This document shows positions 38,418-48,762 of a DNA stretch of 64,000 bases, piece after piece. Numbering within the stretch: the stretch's first letter is position 1; each line of letters begins with the position of its first letter. The stretch is taken from NCBI GenBank assembly GCA_034927345.1, contig JAYFQE010000012.1, positions 30,176-94,175 of the forward strand. The letters run 5' to 3'. The translations under genes were made by a program, and so were the position numbers. This DNA comes from Clostridiaceae bacterium (GTDB lineage: Bacteria; Bacillota; Clostridia; Saccharofermentanales; UBA5734). The notes beneath the pieces are model-generated. The model saw nothing but the letters and a program-made list of their open reading frames with translations. It had not been told where the DNA came from and did not search any database.

Positions 38418-39497
38418 TTATCGCGGAACCGGCAATTTGCGGATCCGCAGACGATTCAGGCAGCCGCCGTCGCTATTGCCGCCGGCGCAATAAGCCAACA
38501 TGAGTTGATCGTCGATGAAATGCATGGCAATATAGCAAAATCCACGTGCCGGATCATCTTCTAAAATAAAGGGGTCCTTCCAGGATTGTCCGTCATCGCA
38601 GCTCACAGAGCATACAAGAGGCGTGCGGCCGCCATTCCAGACTGCCGATGTTTTTGGTCTGGTCAAGTACTCCGGTATTGGATTCCAAACAGCGATCAGA
38701 TTGCCGGTTTCCGGATCCCGCTTCATGGACAGGGGAGAACACGGCGACGTGAAATGGGATGGCTGGGGCGCTGTCCACGTGGCTCCGCGATCATGAGAAA
38801 ACATCTCATATTGTACGCCGACGTCGGTTCTGGCCCATCCGTACAGGGAACCGTTTTTCAGCTCAATTAAACCAGGTTCTTGCAATCCGGAATGCGATTC
38901 GCGCGCATTAAGGGTGCATAAATTGGATTCATGCCAGGTTTGGCCATCATTATCGGAATAGTAAAAAATAGTTGTGCTGCGGCCATCCCAAGTTTCTGAA
39001 TCCTTGCCTTTGCCGGTAATCGTGCGATGATAGCCGGTTGGCACAATGAGTCGTCCATCCCGCAGACGCACGACCCGATCATTATTGGTAACATAGTAGC
39101 CGCGTGCCGGAACACAGGCCGCCGGACTGGTCCAGGTTTTTCCTTCGTCAGATGACCGGCGCAGATATTCTTTGCCGTCATCGAAACCACGCCGGATAAA
39201 ATACAGCAAGCCGATATCGCCATTAAGCATTTGCACGGCCGATACGCTCATAATGTTTTCTGCGTGGTCTTGCTCAGCCGTAATGACGACTTTTTCTTCC
39301 GACCAGGTTTCCCCTTTATCTGACGATTCAATACAGGCCAGATGGGCCGGGGCGTTATCAGCTGCGTCTGAACCGTTAAAACGTGAATAAATGAACAAGA
39401 CGCGGCCGTCTTTCAAATTAATAAAAGCCCCTTCGCTGTTGCGGGGGTTGCCGTCTTTAGGTGCAAGATCCAGAACAATCCTACCCGTTTGATTCAT
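38418..39497 (-). CDS. Asp-box (BNR) beta-propeller, sialidase-like (GH33 fold) protein
   Basis: Five Asp-boxes (SSDKGETW, SSDEGKTW, SDNDGQTW, SHDRGATW, SCDDGQSW), QEPG..EL, RTPL, CY. RNSEG occupies the position of FRIP. Confidence 0.82.
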   Translation of the reverse strand: MNQTGRIVLDLAPKDGNPRNSEGAFINLKDGRVLFIYSRFNGSDAADNAPAHLACIESSDKGETWSEEKVVITAEQDHAENIMSVSAVQMLNGDIGLLYFIRRGFDDGKEYLRRSSDEGKTWTSPAACVPARGYYVTNNDRVVRLRDGRLIVPTGYHRTITGKGKDSETWDGRSTTIFYYSDNDGQTWHESNLCTLNARESHSGLQEPGLIELKNGSLYGWARTDVGVQYEMFSHDRGATWTAPQPSHFTSPCSPLSMKRDPETGNLIAVWNPIPEYLTRPKTSAVWNGGRTPLVCSVSCDDGQSWKDPFILEDDPARGFCYIAMHFIDDQLMLAYCAGGNSDGGCLNRLRIRKLPVPR

Positions 39498-39598
39498 AAT
39501 TTTATACCTCGAAAATGATGATCTGTTGTCCCAAACGCCGCAATTTTTCTCCAATCGAATCGATGTCCATATAATGATTCTCTTTGGCCATTAACCTC

Positions 39599-39749
39599 AT
39601 AATAGCTAACTAAATTTGAATTGTCAAGAATAAATCGAAACGTTTTAATTATCGGTTTAATTCGGCTGCGATCGGTTGTAAATAACGATAAAACCAGTTG
39701 ACAATAACGATAAAAAAACCTAAGATATAACTTAAAATGTAAAACGTTT
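39599..39749. promoter_or_regulatory. Divergent sigmaA promoters with two LacI-type operators
   Basis: Minus strand TTGACA(39627)-N17-TATTAT. Plus strand TTGACA(39698)-N17-TAAGAT(39721). AAACGTTT palindromes at 39638-39645 and 39742-39749. Confidence 0.78.
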
Positions 39750-39812
39750 GAATATTATTTCCAATTTATAAAACAGGTATTGCCGGGAAGACAGGATGCG
39801 AAGGGTATAGTA

Positions 39813-40817
39813 ATGAGCGGATTTTCCAAAGTCACCATCAAAGATGTTGCCTTAAAAGCAGAAGTGTCCGTTTCCACGGTATCTCTGGTTGTCAGCGGCA
39901 GCACAAGGGTTGCCGCTAAAACCAGACGGAAGGTTCTGGCGGCGATCGATGAACTGGAATATATCCCCAATGAATATGCTGCTTCTCTCCGCAAAGGGAA
40001 GCGGGATGTCTTTGCGGCAGTCATTCCTGATTTGAATAATCCTTATTATATTGGCATTGTGCGCGGGCTGCGCGAGCGGTGCACAAAGCAAGGTATTGTT
40101 TTGCATATTTCGGAAACATTACATGATTACGAGGTTGAGAAAACGGAATTACGCTTCCTGAGGGGTGTGCAGACTTCCGGATATGCTTTTATTGGAACTG
40201 TTCTGGACGATGAATTGATTGAAACATTAACCAACTGCAAGATTGTGTCCGTTGATAAGGTATATGGGTTTGCGGATCAATATCCGCAAGTCCTGATCAA
40301 CAACCGCCATTGCACTTATGAAGCAACGACCTATATGATCAGCAAAGGCTGTAAAAACATCTGGTATATAACCCCTCCGACACGGACGTTTGGCCTGGAA
40401 GAACGTTTAGACGGTTATCGGTCGGCGCTGAAGGAAGCAGGCCTTGACGGCGAAGGGCATGTATGTGTTTCCTATGACGGTCAGATGAATATGATAGAAG
40501 CAGGATATATTCAGGCAAGTTCCATTTTATCGAAGACGAAACCAGACGCCCTTCTGGCTACTTCAGATCTATATGCCATCGGCGCTATGCGGGCGATTCG
40601 GGACAAAGGCCTGCGCATTCCGGAAGATGTCTCGGTTATTGGCTTTGATAATACGGAATATGGCCGTTATTATCAGCCTTCCTTGACTACTTTCAGTTTA
40701 CCGCTGGTTCGCATGGGCGAGATGGCCTTTGAATTTCTGAATGGCGATCTGGATAATAAGATCGGGAAATTGCGTGTTAATGCGGATTTTATTATTCGCG
40801 AAAGTGTACGGAAGTGA
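39813..40817 (+). CDS. LacI family transcriptional regulator
   Basis: VTIKDVALKAEVSVSTVSLV, IPEDVSVIGFDN, PSLTT. Confidence 0.93.
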   Translation: MSGFSKVTIKDVALKAEVSVSTVSLVVSGSTRVAAKTRRKVLAAIDELEYIPNEYAASLRKGKRDVFAAVIPDLNNPYYIGIVRGLRERCTKQGIVLHISETLHDYEVEKTELRFLRGVQTSGYAFIGTVLDDELIETLTNCKIVSVDKVYGFADQYPQVLINNRHCTYEATTYMISKGCKNIWYITPPTRTFGLEERLDGYRSALKEAGLDGEGHVCVSYDGQMNMIEAGYIQASSILSKTKPDALLATSDLYAIGAMRAIRDKGLRIPEDVSVIGFDNTEYGRYYQPSLTTFSLPLVRMGEMAFEFLNGDLDNKIGKLRVNADFIIRESVRK

Positions 40818-40865
40818 ATTGAAAATCAACATTTACAGACTATAAACGGAAGGTGAAAGAAACAA

Positions 40866-41756
40866 ATGGAAATTAAAAACGGATTCTACACGGCGCTGGG
40901 AACTTCTCAAGATAAGGACGGCCTTTTCCTGCAAAAGAGCTTTGCGCAGCAGGTCAAGGACCAGACAGAATTCGGGGCGGCCGGATTATTGGTGATGGGC
41001 TCGATGGGCCTGGGTGTTTTTGTCCGGGACCGTGATTATGTCAAGGTAGCCAAAACAGCCATCAGCGCTGCCCGCGGGGCTTGCCCTGTCTTCATCGGCG
41101 TCACGGATACGACGATCGGCCGGACCTGCGATCGCATTGACGCATTGACCGGATTGGATTTTGACGGCGTTGTGGCAACACCGCCTTATTATTATGCGGC
41201 ATCGGAGCGGGAACAGATTTGTTATTATGGCGAAATTGCCAGACGCTCGCCAAAACCTGTTTTCCTTTATGATCTGCCCAGCGCCTCGCGCAGTAAAATA
41301 ACGCTGGCCACCATTCAGGGACTGCATGGCGAAAAGAACATCGGCGGTATTAAAACAGCTGATCTGCCGTTGGCGCTGGAATTGGATCAAATGGTTATGC
41401 GTCATGAGCTCAATGCCGGCTTTAAAGTTTTATATAGTGGTTTGGATACCTTTGATCTGGCCTGCAATAAAGGTATTGGCCGCAATCTGGACGGCATGTT
41501 TGCCTGCACGGGACAATTGGCGCATGATCAATATCAAGCCTTTGCTCTGGGCGATATCACCGGCGGAACAAAGTATCTTAAGCAAATCATCGCTTTGAGG
41601 GATGTTTTTGCCGAAGAAGAGATTATGCCGTCCTTCACTTACGCTATGAATTTATTGGGTTATGAAGGCTATTTTCATCAGGATTATTGCTTTATGCCCA
41701 GTCAAAAGCAATGTGATAAAATAGTTGATACCATGAAATTATTTCATCTGGTTTGA
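40866..41756 (+). CDS. DHDPS/NanA family class I aldolase
   Basis: GLLVMGSMG, PPYYY, LYDLP, Schiff-base Lys in GGIKTAD. Confidence 0.85.
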   Translation: MEIKNGFYTALGTSQDKDGLFLQKSFAQQVKDQTEFGAAGLLVMGSMGLGVFVRDRDYVKVAKTAISAARGACPVFIGVTDTTIGRTCDRIDALTGLDFDGVVATPPYYYAASEREQICYYGEIARRSPKPVFLYDLPSASRSKITLATIQGLHGEKNIGGIKTADLPLALELDQMVMRHELNAGFKVLYSGLDTFDLACNKGIGRNLDGMFACTGQLAHDQYQAFALGDITGGTKYLKQIIALRDVFAEEEIMPSFTYAMNLLGYEGYFHQDYCFMPSQKQCDKIVDTMKLFHLV

Positions 41757-41798
41757 GTATCGGCTGACCTGGCAGACTTGTATAGCGGAGTTAAGAGC

Positions 41799-42605
41799 AT
41801 GACGGATAAAAGATCTGTGTTGGATATGTTTTCTTTATCGGGGAAAATCGCCCTGGTCAGCGGCGGATATGGCCTTTATGGCCGATCGATAACCGAAGCT
41901 TTAGCCGAAGCCGGAGCAACCGTTATCATCGCTGCCAGGGATGTTTCCAAATGCCGCGGCCTGGCTGATGAATTGATTCAAAAAGGGTTGGCGGCAGACA
42001 GTATGCCCCTGGATCTTGGCGATGAGCAATCCATCATGACCTTGATTCATGCTGTTCTGGACAAGTTCGGCCGGCTTGATATTTTGGTTAATAATGCTGT
42101 CTGTCGGACGGAGCCCCAGAATCTCGATGAATTGACCGCCGAAGCATGGCAAAAATCTCAGAAAGTAAATTCAACCGGCCTGGTTTTGATCTGCCGGGAA
42201 GCAATCCATGTCATGCGGCGTCAGCAAGCCGGATCGATCATCAACATCGCTTCGATTCAAGGCGTCGTCGGACCCAATTTTACCGTGTACGGTGAAACCG
42301 GCATGACCAGCCCGACTTATTATACCTATGAGAAGTGGGGCATGGTCGGTTTGACCAAATGGATGGCTAATCGTTATGGTCCTGATAATATCCGGGTCAA
42401 TTGCATCAGCCCAGGCGGATTCAATCCGGATTTAACCCGGGACGAGCACAATGAATTTGTCTGCAATTATAAACGGCTGACCCCTTTGGGCCGGTTCGCG
42501 GATGAGGACGATATCAAAGGACCGGTCCTGTTCCTGGCTTCGGATGCCGCCAAATATGTAACCGGGCATAATCTCCTGGTCGATGGCGGCTGGACCAGCT
42601 GGTAA
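41799..42605 (+). CDS. Short-chain dehydrogenase/reductase (PtmA-like subgroup)
   Basis: SGGYGLYG, LVNNA, ASIQG, YTYEK, IRVNCISPGG, TGHNLLVDGG. Confidence 0.9.
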   Translation: MTDKRSVLDMFSLSGKIALVSGGYGLYGRSITEALAEAGATVIIAARDVSKCRGLADELIQKGLAADSMPLDLGDEQSIMTLIHAVLDKFGRLDILVNNAVCRTEPQNLDELTAEAWQKSQKVNSTGLVLICREAIHVMRRQQAGSIINIASIQGVVGPNFTVYGETGMTSPTYYTYEKWGMVGLTKWMANRYGPDNIRVNCISPGGFNPDLTRDEHNEFVCNYKRLTPLGRFADEDDIKGPVLFLASDAAKYVTGHNLLVDGGWTSW

Positions 42606-42681
42606 TCTGTGGTATGATAGCTGTAGCGGCATATTCTGCTGCCCGGACACCGACACCTTGAGCGAAAGGCTGGACTGAAAG

Positions 42682-43506
42682 ATGAAACTGGGAACGATTA
42701 TCGGTTTAAATTTGGATGAACTGGAGCATGATTTACGTAAATTGCACCAAATGGGATTTACTTCCTGCCAATTGTGCTGCTGGCAGCCGGATCGCATGAC
42801 GGCAGAGAGCGCTGTTATTGTGAAAAAACTGGCCGTTGAATGCGACATTGAGATATCTGCTCTCTGGTGCGGATGGGAAGGCCCCTGTGAATGGAATCTG
42901 ATTCATGGGCCGGGAACGATCGGCCTGGTTCCGGCAGCATATCGCCACAAACGTCTGGACACCTTGATGAAGGGTTCTGAATTCGCCGAAATGATCGGTG
43001 TAACCGACGTCATAACGCATGTCGGGTTTATCCCCAACAACCCTTTCGATGCGGAATATACCGGTCTGGTAGAGGCGCTGCGCTATCTGGCGCTGACGAT
43101 GAAGCAGAGAGGCCAGTATTTCCTCTTTGAGACCGGGCAGGAAGCGCCGGTGACACTGCTGAGGACAATCGAAGACATCGGTACGGATAATATCGGCATC
43201 AATCTTGATCCGGCCAATCTGATGATGTACGGTTTGGGCAACCCGATCGACGCCTTGTCGGTTTTCGGAACTTATGTCCGCAATGTACACGGCAAAGACG
43301 GCGTATGCCCGAATAATGGCCGTCAACTCGGTCATGAAACGGCGATCGGCCAGGGTATGGTGAATTATCCGGCTTTTATTCGCAAACTGAAAGAAATCGG
43401 CTATGACCGGTACATCACAATCGAACGGGAAATCAGCGGCGAGCAGCAGACCAAAGATATTACGGCCGCCAAACAGTATCTGGAGCAATTGTGGGCGCAA
43501 GCCTAA
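42682..43506 (+). CDS. Sugar phosphate isomerase/epimerase (AP endonuclease 2 TIM barrel)
   Basis: THVGFIP, FETGQE, NLDPAN, HGKD, IERE metal-binding motifs. Confidence 0.88.
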   Translation: MKLGTIIGLNLDELEHDLRKLHQMGFTSCQLCCWQPDRMTAESAVIVKKLAVECDIEISALWCGWEGPCEWNLIHGPGTIGLVPAAYRHKRLDTLMKGSEFAEMIGVTDVITHVGFIPNNPFDAEYTGLVEALRYLALTMKQRGQYFLFETGQEAPVTLLRTIEDIGTDNIGINLDPANLMMYGLGNPIDALSVFGTYVRNVHGKDGVCPNNGRQLGHETAIGQGMVNYPAFIRKLKEIGYDRYITIEREISGEQQTKDITAAKQYLEQLWAQA

Positions 43507-43532
43507 ACCGGCAGGAATGATTATATTCCCGC

Positions 43533-45950
43533 TTATCCATGTTCCGGCGCCTGAAGGGTTATTCCTTCAGGCGCTTTGACTTGGAGTCCGGGCGTTCCTG
43601 AGACTGCGTTCCAGTTGACGGAAATGGGGCCGGCCGGGGTCGGCACCTGACCGGAAAAAGCCGGGAACAAGGCTGTCAGCGGCTTGACCGCTGTCAGCCG
43701 GAAACCGGGTTCCAAGGGCTTGACACCCAGGACATAAGCCTGATACAGATAAACCGGGATCGCCGACCAGCCGTGGCATAAACTGCCGGCTTGATCGAAA
43801 TCGCTGCTTCCCTTGATGGTTTCCCAGAAACTGGTTGCTCCCTGATAAAGCATATAACCCCAGTCACGGGCAATGTGATCGAAAACCAGACCGGCATAGC
43901 GGTCCGGCTGCGCCAGTAACGCTTCGTATTTATAAATCGAATGGCTTAGGGTTACAGGTACCAGGTCAGTGTGCCCCAGAGCCAAGGTCCGGCGCAAATC
44001 ATCGGCCAGGTCCGCCGGGCAAACGCCGGCATACAGCGCCAGAGCCTGCGTCAATTCGGCAAAATGCTGTTTCTGATGTTCCGCACCGGCTGTAAAGTAC
44101 CGGTAAGTTTGATAACAGCGCCGGTTTTCCTGCCAGAATTGCCGGTGAATCTGACCGGCGAGCGAGGCGGCTGTCCGGGCAAGTTCATCTGCCCAGATGT
44201 TGTCTGCCAGGGACAGGGCCATCTTGGCCGCGGCCTGAATAGCCAGCAGGAAAAAGAGATTGAGCGGCGCGTCATAACGGAGCAGATCCGGCTGCCCGCG
44301 CAGTAAAGGATCATCCTGACCGGACAAACCGTCGGACCATTCATAAAAATTCCAATATCGTTTGCCGTTTAGTGCCGGCAGCAAGCCGTTCTTCATCGCG
44401 GAGAGCAGGGTTGTCAAAACCTTTTTGACAGCCGGCATCCGCGCCTGCATGACATCAATCCGGCCGCTGTAAAGGTAATGTTCCCACACTTCAATGACCC
44501 AGGCTAAACTGAAACTGGGAATAGTCAATTCGAAGGCAGAAGGGGCTATCAGTTCCAGCAGGCCGTCCGGCTGCAGACTGTCGCCGAGTAAGGCAAAGGA
44601 TACAGCCGGGAATTCGTACTCGCCAAAGCTGTAGTAGCCGCAGAGCGCCTGATTGCGCGAATCCATGGCGTATAAAGCCTGCTCGCGCCAGGGGCAGTCC
44701 TCATAATGCTCGTGCATGCAAAGAAGCAGTGTTCTCCGGCTGATTTCATAAATCCGGTTATGCAGGCTGTCGCTGCATTGAAAACTGCCGCGTTCCACGA
44801 GCGGATAGACGGTCGGCCGCACGCTGGCCTGATGGAGAATCAAGCGCCGGCCGGCCGGCAAAATGTGCAATTCCAGATAGCGGCAGCCGATCCGCCGGAA
44901 ACAAGCGGAAAAATGCTGCCGGCCGCCGCGGCAGACATAGCGGGCGGCAAAGTGCCGGCCGCCGACGGTCGCCCGCACGCGCAAGTCATCCAGATGTTCG
45001 CCGTGGGCGATATCGATGATTGTGCCGGTATCCGTATCCAGATCAAGATCCAGGAATCCCACCTCTTCACGGCCAAGGTCGAAAAGAAAGTAAATACCCC
45101 GATCCTTTCGGATCATTTCCGGTTTAACAGTCAGCCCGGATGCGGCGTCTGACAAGACGGGCGGCAGATCAGCGTCGCTTCCGGGGAGCGGATAGGACGC
45201 GGCGGTGAAAAGATCTTTACGCAGGCAGGCTGCCAGGAGGTCATGCTGCACGGACTCAGCGGGCGTGGCAGCGCCGCCGGCGTCGCGGATGAAAGTGCCC
45301 TGGGCAATCAGACGGGAATGGACGGGATCTTCAAGAATCAGCTTTGGCAGGGGGCGCGGTCTGAGCCGTGTCTGATAAAATCGCGCCGGTTCTTTCATCG
45401 GCCGGGCCGGCTGCCAATCTGGCTGACCGGCCGTGTAATCCGGCTGCAGCCATGGGTCCTCGGCCGCGGCGTCATAGGCATATGAAAATCCAAGCTGCGG
45501 AGTCGTTTGATAGATGGGTCCCTGATGGTATGCCCGCGAAAACCGGCAAAGGGTCTTTTCATCACTGACCATGACCTGGCGGCCGATTTGCATGGCATAA
45601 AGCAGGCCGGGTTCGCCGCGCAGATAAGAAAAATTACTTTCACCCCAATAATGAACCAGAATACACAAGGCATTTTTCCCGGCGTTCAGCCAGGGGCTTA
45701 TAGTCAACGTATCATAAGTTTTATCATCCGGGAAATTGCTGAATTGACCACAGTCGACAAAGGCGCCGTTGCACCAAACCGCATAGTTAGAATCGGCGGC
45801 GATATAAAGATCGGCCTTTCCGTCTGTCCAATCCGGCGACAAGGTAAATTCGCGCCGGAAGCAAACGTACCGGTTAAGACCATCATCAGGCACAGGCGTA
45901 TCCGCCCATATCCAGGCGGCTTGATTCAGGGTAAAAGGCTCATCGCACAT
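43533..45950 (-). CDS. GH78 alpha-L-rhamnosidase-like glycoside hydrolase
   Basis: FRREF, DLGREEVG, EDCPWREQALYAMD, GATSFWE, SLCHGWS, VPTPAGPISVNW. Confidence 0.88.
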   Translation of the reverse strand: MCDEPFTLNQAAWIWADTPVPDDGLNRYVCFRREFTLSPDWTDGKADLYIAADSNYAVWCNGAFVDCGQFSNFPDDKTYDTLTISPWLNAGKNALCILVHYWGESNFSYLRGEPGLLYAMQIGRQVMVSDEKTLCRFSRAYHQGPIYQTTPQLGFSYAYDAAAEDPWLQPDYTAGQPDWQPARPMKEPARFYQTRLRPRPLPKLILEDPVHSRLIAQGTFIRDAGGAATPAESVQHDLLAACLRKDLFTAASYPLPGSDADLPPVLSDAASGLTVKPEMIRKDRGIYFLFDLGREEVGFLDLDLDTDTGTIIDIAHGEHLDDLRVRATVGGRHFAARYVCRGGRQHFSACFRRIGCRYLELHILPAGRRLILHQASVRPTVYPLVERGSFQCSDSLHNRIYEISRRTLLLCMHEHYEDCPWREQALYAMDSRNQALCGYYSFGEYEFPAVSFALLGDSLQPDGLLELIAPSAFELTIPSFSLAWVIEVWEHYLYSGRIDVMQARMPAVKKVLTTLLSAMKNGLLPALNGKRYWNFYEWSDGLSGQDDPLLRGQPDLLRYDAPLNLFFLLAIQAAAKMALSLADNIWADELARTAASLAGQIHRQFWQENRRCYQTYRYFTAGAEHQKQHFAELTQALALYAGVCPADLADDLRRTLALGHTDLVPVTLSHSIYKYEALLAQPDRYAGLVFDHIARDWGYMLYQGATSFWETIKGSSDFDQAGSLCHGWSAIPVYLYQAYVLGVKPLEPGFRLTAVKPLTALFPAFSGQVPTPAGPISVNWNAVSGTPGLQVKAPEGITLQAPEHG

Positions 45951-46120
45951 ACATTGGCCTCCTTGGCTGTCGGATTACGGCAACAACGATTTCATCATAT
46001 CAGGATTAGCTGCGAAGTGCCAGTGCCCTGGTTTATCGCCGGAGGGCGTTGTACAATATTGACAGAAGGCAGACAATCAGGCCGAAAGCTGCGCTGAAGC
46101 AGTTTCATGTGGGATAACAG

Positions 46121-47017
46121 GTGAGTCGTATGGATTATTTAATCGGTATTGATGCCGGAGGAACCGGAACCAGCAGCGTTGCCTATACGCCGGACGGGCA
46201 GTTAATCGGCCGGTGGCGGGCGGGGCGGGGCAATCCGGCTGCCGCCGGCTTATCACAGGCCGTAGCCAGTATTCGCCAGGCTATGGACGCCGGCCTTGCC
46301 GAGCTGGGCAACGGCTGCCGGGGAGCCCTGATCGGCGCTGCCGGCGTGGAGACCGGCTGTCTGAAAGTACAGCTGGCCGAAGTGTTAAAAGAGCATTATC
46401 CGTTCCCGATTGATGTGATCAGTGATGCCCAGCTGGTTCTGGAAGCCCGGTTTGAAGGCGGGGACGGAATTGCCGTTATCGCCGGAACGGGATCGATCGC
46501 CTGGGGACGGAAAGGAACGCAGGTGGTTCGCTGCGGCGGCTGGGGGCATTTGATCGGCGATGAGGGCAGCGGTTATGCGATAGTCATAGCCGCGATCAGA
46601 GATCTTTTTCAAACGGCAGACCGCGGCGAAACGCCGGGTTTTCTGGCAGAAAAGCTGATGCAGGGCATGAAAGCCGGGGACCTGCGTGACGTGGTCAATT
46701 TCGTTTATCAGCAGGATAAAGCCGCTATTGCCGCCTTGCTGCCGATTGTTGCGGATATGGCTTCCGGCGGAGATCCGCTGGCCTGCCAACTCTTGAACGA
46801 AGCCGGAGAGAAACTGGCTGATCTGGTTCTGACCTGTCAAAGCCGTTTGGCTTTGACAAAACCGGTCGTTGCCACCAGCGGCAGCGTTCTCTGCCATGTG
46901 GATTTAGTACGCGGCCGATTCCGGACGGTTATCCGTCGGATGCTGCCGGAAACGGCGGTTCTGGAAGATGACCGGGAAGCCAACCGCGCCGTTGTTTCGC
47001 ATTTTAAAAACAAATAG
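46121..47017 (+). CDS. BadF/BadG-type N-acetylglucosamine/MurNAc kinase
   Basis: IGIDAGGTGT, IAGTGSIA, GGWGHLIGDEGSGY. Confidence 0.87.
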   Translation: MSRMDYLIGIDAGGTGTSSVAYTPDGQLIGRWRAGRGNPAAAGLSQAVASIRQAMDAGLAELGNGCRGALIGAAGVETGCLKVQLAEVLKEHYPFPIDVISDAQLVLEARFEGGDGIAVIAGTGSIAWGRKGTQVVRCGGWGHLIGDEGSGYAIVIAAIRDLFQTADRGETPGFLAEKLMQGMKAGDLRDVVNFVYQQDKAAIAALLPIVADMASGGDPLACQLLNEAGEKLADLVLTCQSRLALTKPVVATSGSVLCHVDLVRGRFRTVIRRMLPETAVLEDDREANRAVVSHFKNK

Positions 47018-47052
47018 CCGGTTAAATCCGGTTTATGCCGACCCGCCGCCGG

Positions 47053-48255
47053 TCAGCCAAATTCACGTTCCCAGCGCAAGGCGTCCAGATACAGGTTCAT
47101 ATATTGGTCCCAGTCTTCGTTGAGCTCTTGTTCTGGAGTATCGTTTTTTGTCCATTGGGCCTTTTCATAATTAATAATGACATTCAGCATTTGCCGTAAT
47201 TCGTTATCTTGACCCAGAAGAGCCTCCTTGATATAGGATGTCAGAGGCAGCTCGTTGACGATATCGTCCATATCACGGCCGAGAATAGAATCGATGGCGG
47301 AAAAAAGTCCGGTAATGAAAAACTCGGAGCTGCGCCGCTTCATGTTGAGCGTAGATGAATAGAGTTCCATTAATTTGCCCCTGACCAAAGAGGTTTTGAT
47401 CAACTCGGCATTATCCGGATTTTTAACTTCTTTCAACATAAACAGATAGATCCATTTGGTGATCTCCTGCAGGCCAAGACGAACAACGGCTTGCTGGATG
47501 GAATTGATTTTCGAGCGTCCGCCGAAATAGACAGAATTGGAAGCCTTGACAAGTTTATAGGAGAGACCCAGATCCTTTTCAATAATGCCGGAAATCTGAT
47601 CGATCTCCGGTACTTCGTGATTCAATTCTTCAAGGATGCGAATCAAATTGATATTTAAGGCGCCGACTTCCCTGCCGCGGCTCATCATCGGCTTGCTGAA
47701 AAAATAGCCCTGGAACAGCTGATAACCCATGGCGGCAGCCAGAAGAAAATCATCCCGGGTCTCAAGTTTTTCAGCTAAAAAAGCCGTTTTCTTGCCGAAT
47801 TTCTTGATCATGCGGATCTGTAAATCATACGGCAGCGAAGAAAATTCGATTTTAACGATATCGGCATAGGGCAGCAAGGCTATCGAGCTCTCTGTAAAGA
47901 TGAAATCATCCAGCGCTAATAAATATCCGTTCTCTTTAAGGCGATTACAGGCTTTTAAGATGGTTTCGTTTACTTGAACCCGTTCGACGATTTCGATAAC
48001 AATCTGATCTTTGGGCAGCAGAAAAGGGATGCCCTTTTCTAAAAATTCCTGAGAAAAATTGATAAAGGCGCGCGAACCGCCGGTTAAATCTTTTAGACCG
48101 AAGGAAAGGAAAGCGTTGTTGATCAGTTCGGCGGTTGCCTGGCTGTCGCTTGTCCCTTCGTAAAAATTGTTTTCACTCCGGCGATAAAACAGCTCATATC
48201 CGTATACACTCATGTTTCTTCTGAAAATGGGCTGACGGGCAACATATATATTCAT
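47053..48255 (-). CDS. EAL + HDOD c-di-GMP phosphodiesterase (YuxH/PdeH-like)
   Basis: MNIYVARQPIF, YELFYR, EIVE, ALDDF, AEKLE, FQGYFFSKP, then an HDOD domain. Confidence 0.9.
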   Translation of the reverse strand: MNIYVARQPIFRRNMSVYGYELFYRRSENNFYEGTSDSQATAELINNAFLSFGLKDLTGGSRAFINFSQEFLEKGIPFLLPKDQIVIEIVERVQVNETILKACNRLKENGYLLALDDFIFTESSIALLPYADIVKIEFSSLPYDLQIRMIKKFGKKTAFLAEKLETRDDFLLAAAMGYQLFQGYFFSKPMMSRGREVGALNINLIRILEELNHEVPEIDQISGIIEKDLGLSYKLVKASNSVYFGGRSKINSIQQAVVRLGLQEITKWIYLFMLKEVKNPDNAELIKTSLVRGKLMELYSSTLNMKRRSSEFFITGLFSAIDSILGRDMDDIVNELPLTSYIKEALLGQDNELRQMLNVIINYEKAQWTKNDTPEQELNEDWDQYMNLYLDALRWEREFG

Positions 48256-48345
48256 GTCAACACTCTTTTCGCACATGCTGTCCAAATTACGAATAAGGCC
48301 GCCTGACTTTTACCAAATCATCCTCATTGACGATAGGGCAAAGAG

Positions 48346-48636
48346 TTATTCAACTGATTTACTGATAGTATCGTCATGTTTTGGATATTCTTTAACAATA
48401 TGGATAGCGTTCATGACGGCGGATAATACATCGGCCTGATTTTGCAGGCCCGTGGCGTCAATGGAGGCGAGCAGCTCGCCTTTGTGGGTAACAACATAGG
48501 TAGGCGGCAGATTGTTCAGCGCTATAGCCATAACATCCATGCGGCATTTAGCACAAGAGCACAGGCTTGATTCGGGAATACATTCATCAGCTGTTTTGGC
48601 GACAATATCTTCCATACAATTTTTGAGTGCGTACAT
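48346..48636 (-). CDS. comFB: ComFB family protein (cyclic-dinucleotide receptor)
   Basis: KNCMEDIV, CSCAKCRMDVMAIALNNLPPTYVVT, PKH. GGAGGA RBS. Confidence 0.88.
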   Translation of the reverse strand: MYALKNCMEDIVAKTADECIPESSLCSCAKCRMDVMAIALNNLPPTYVVTHKGELLASIDATGLQNQADVLSAVMNAIHIVKEYPKHDDTISKSVE

Positions 48637-48762
48637 CATGATTCCTCCGGCAAACTTATCGATGATCCTTTCGACAGATCGGTAAAAACTTCGCTCATCT
48701 ATCATATCGGGCATTTTTATAAAGTCTGAAGGGGTTCAATCAGATTTTTGCGGCATGAATCA

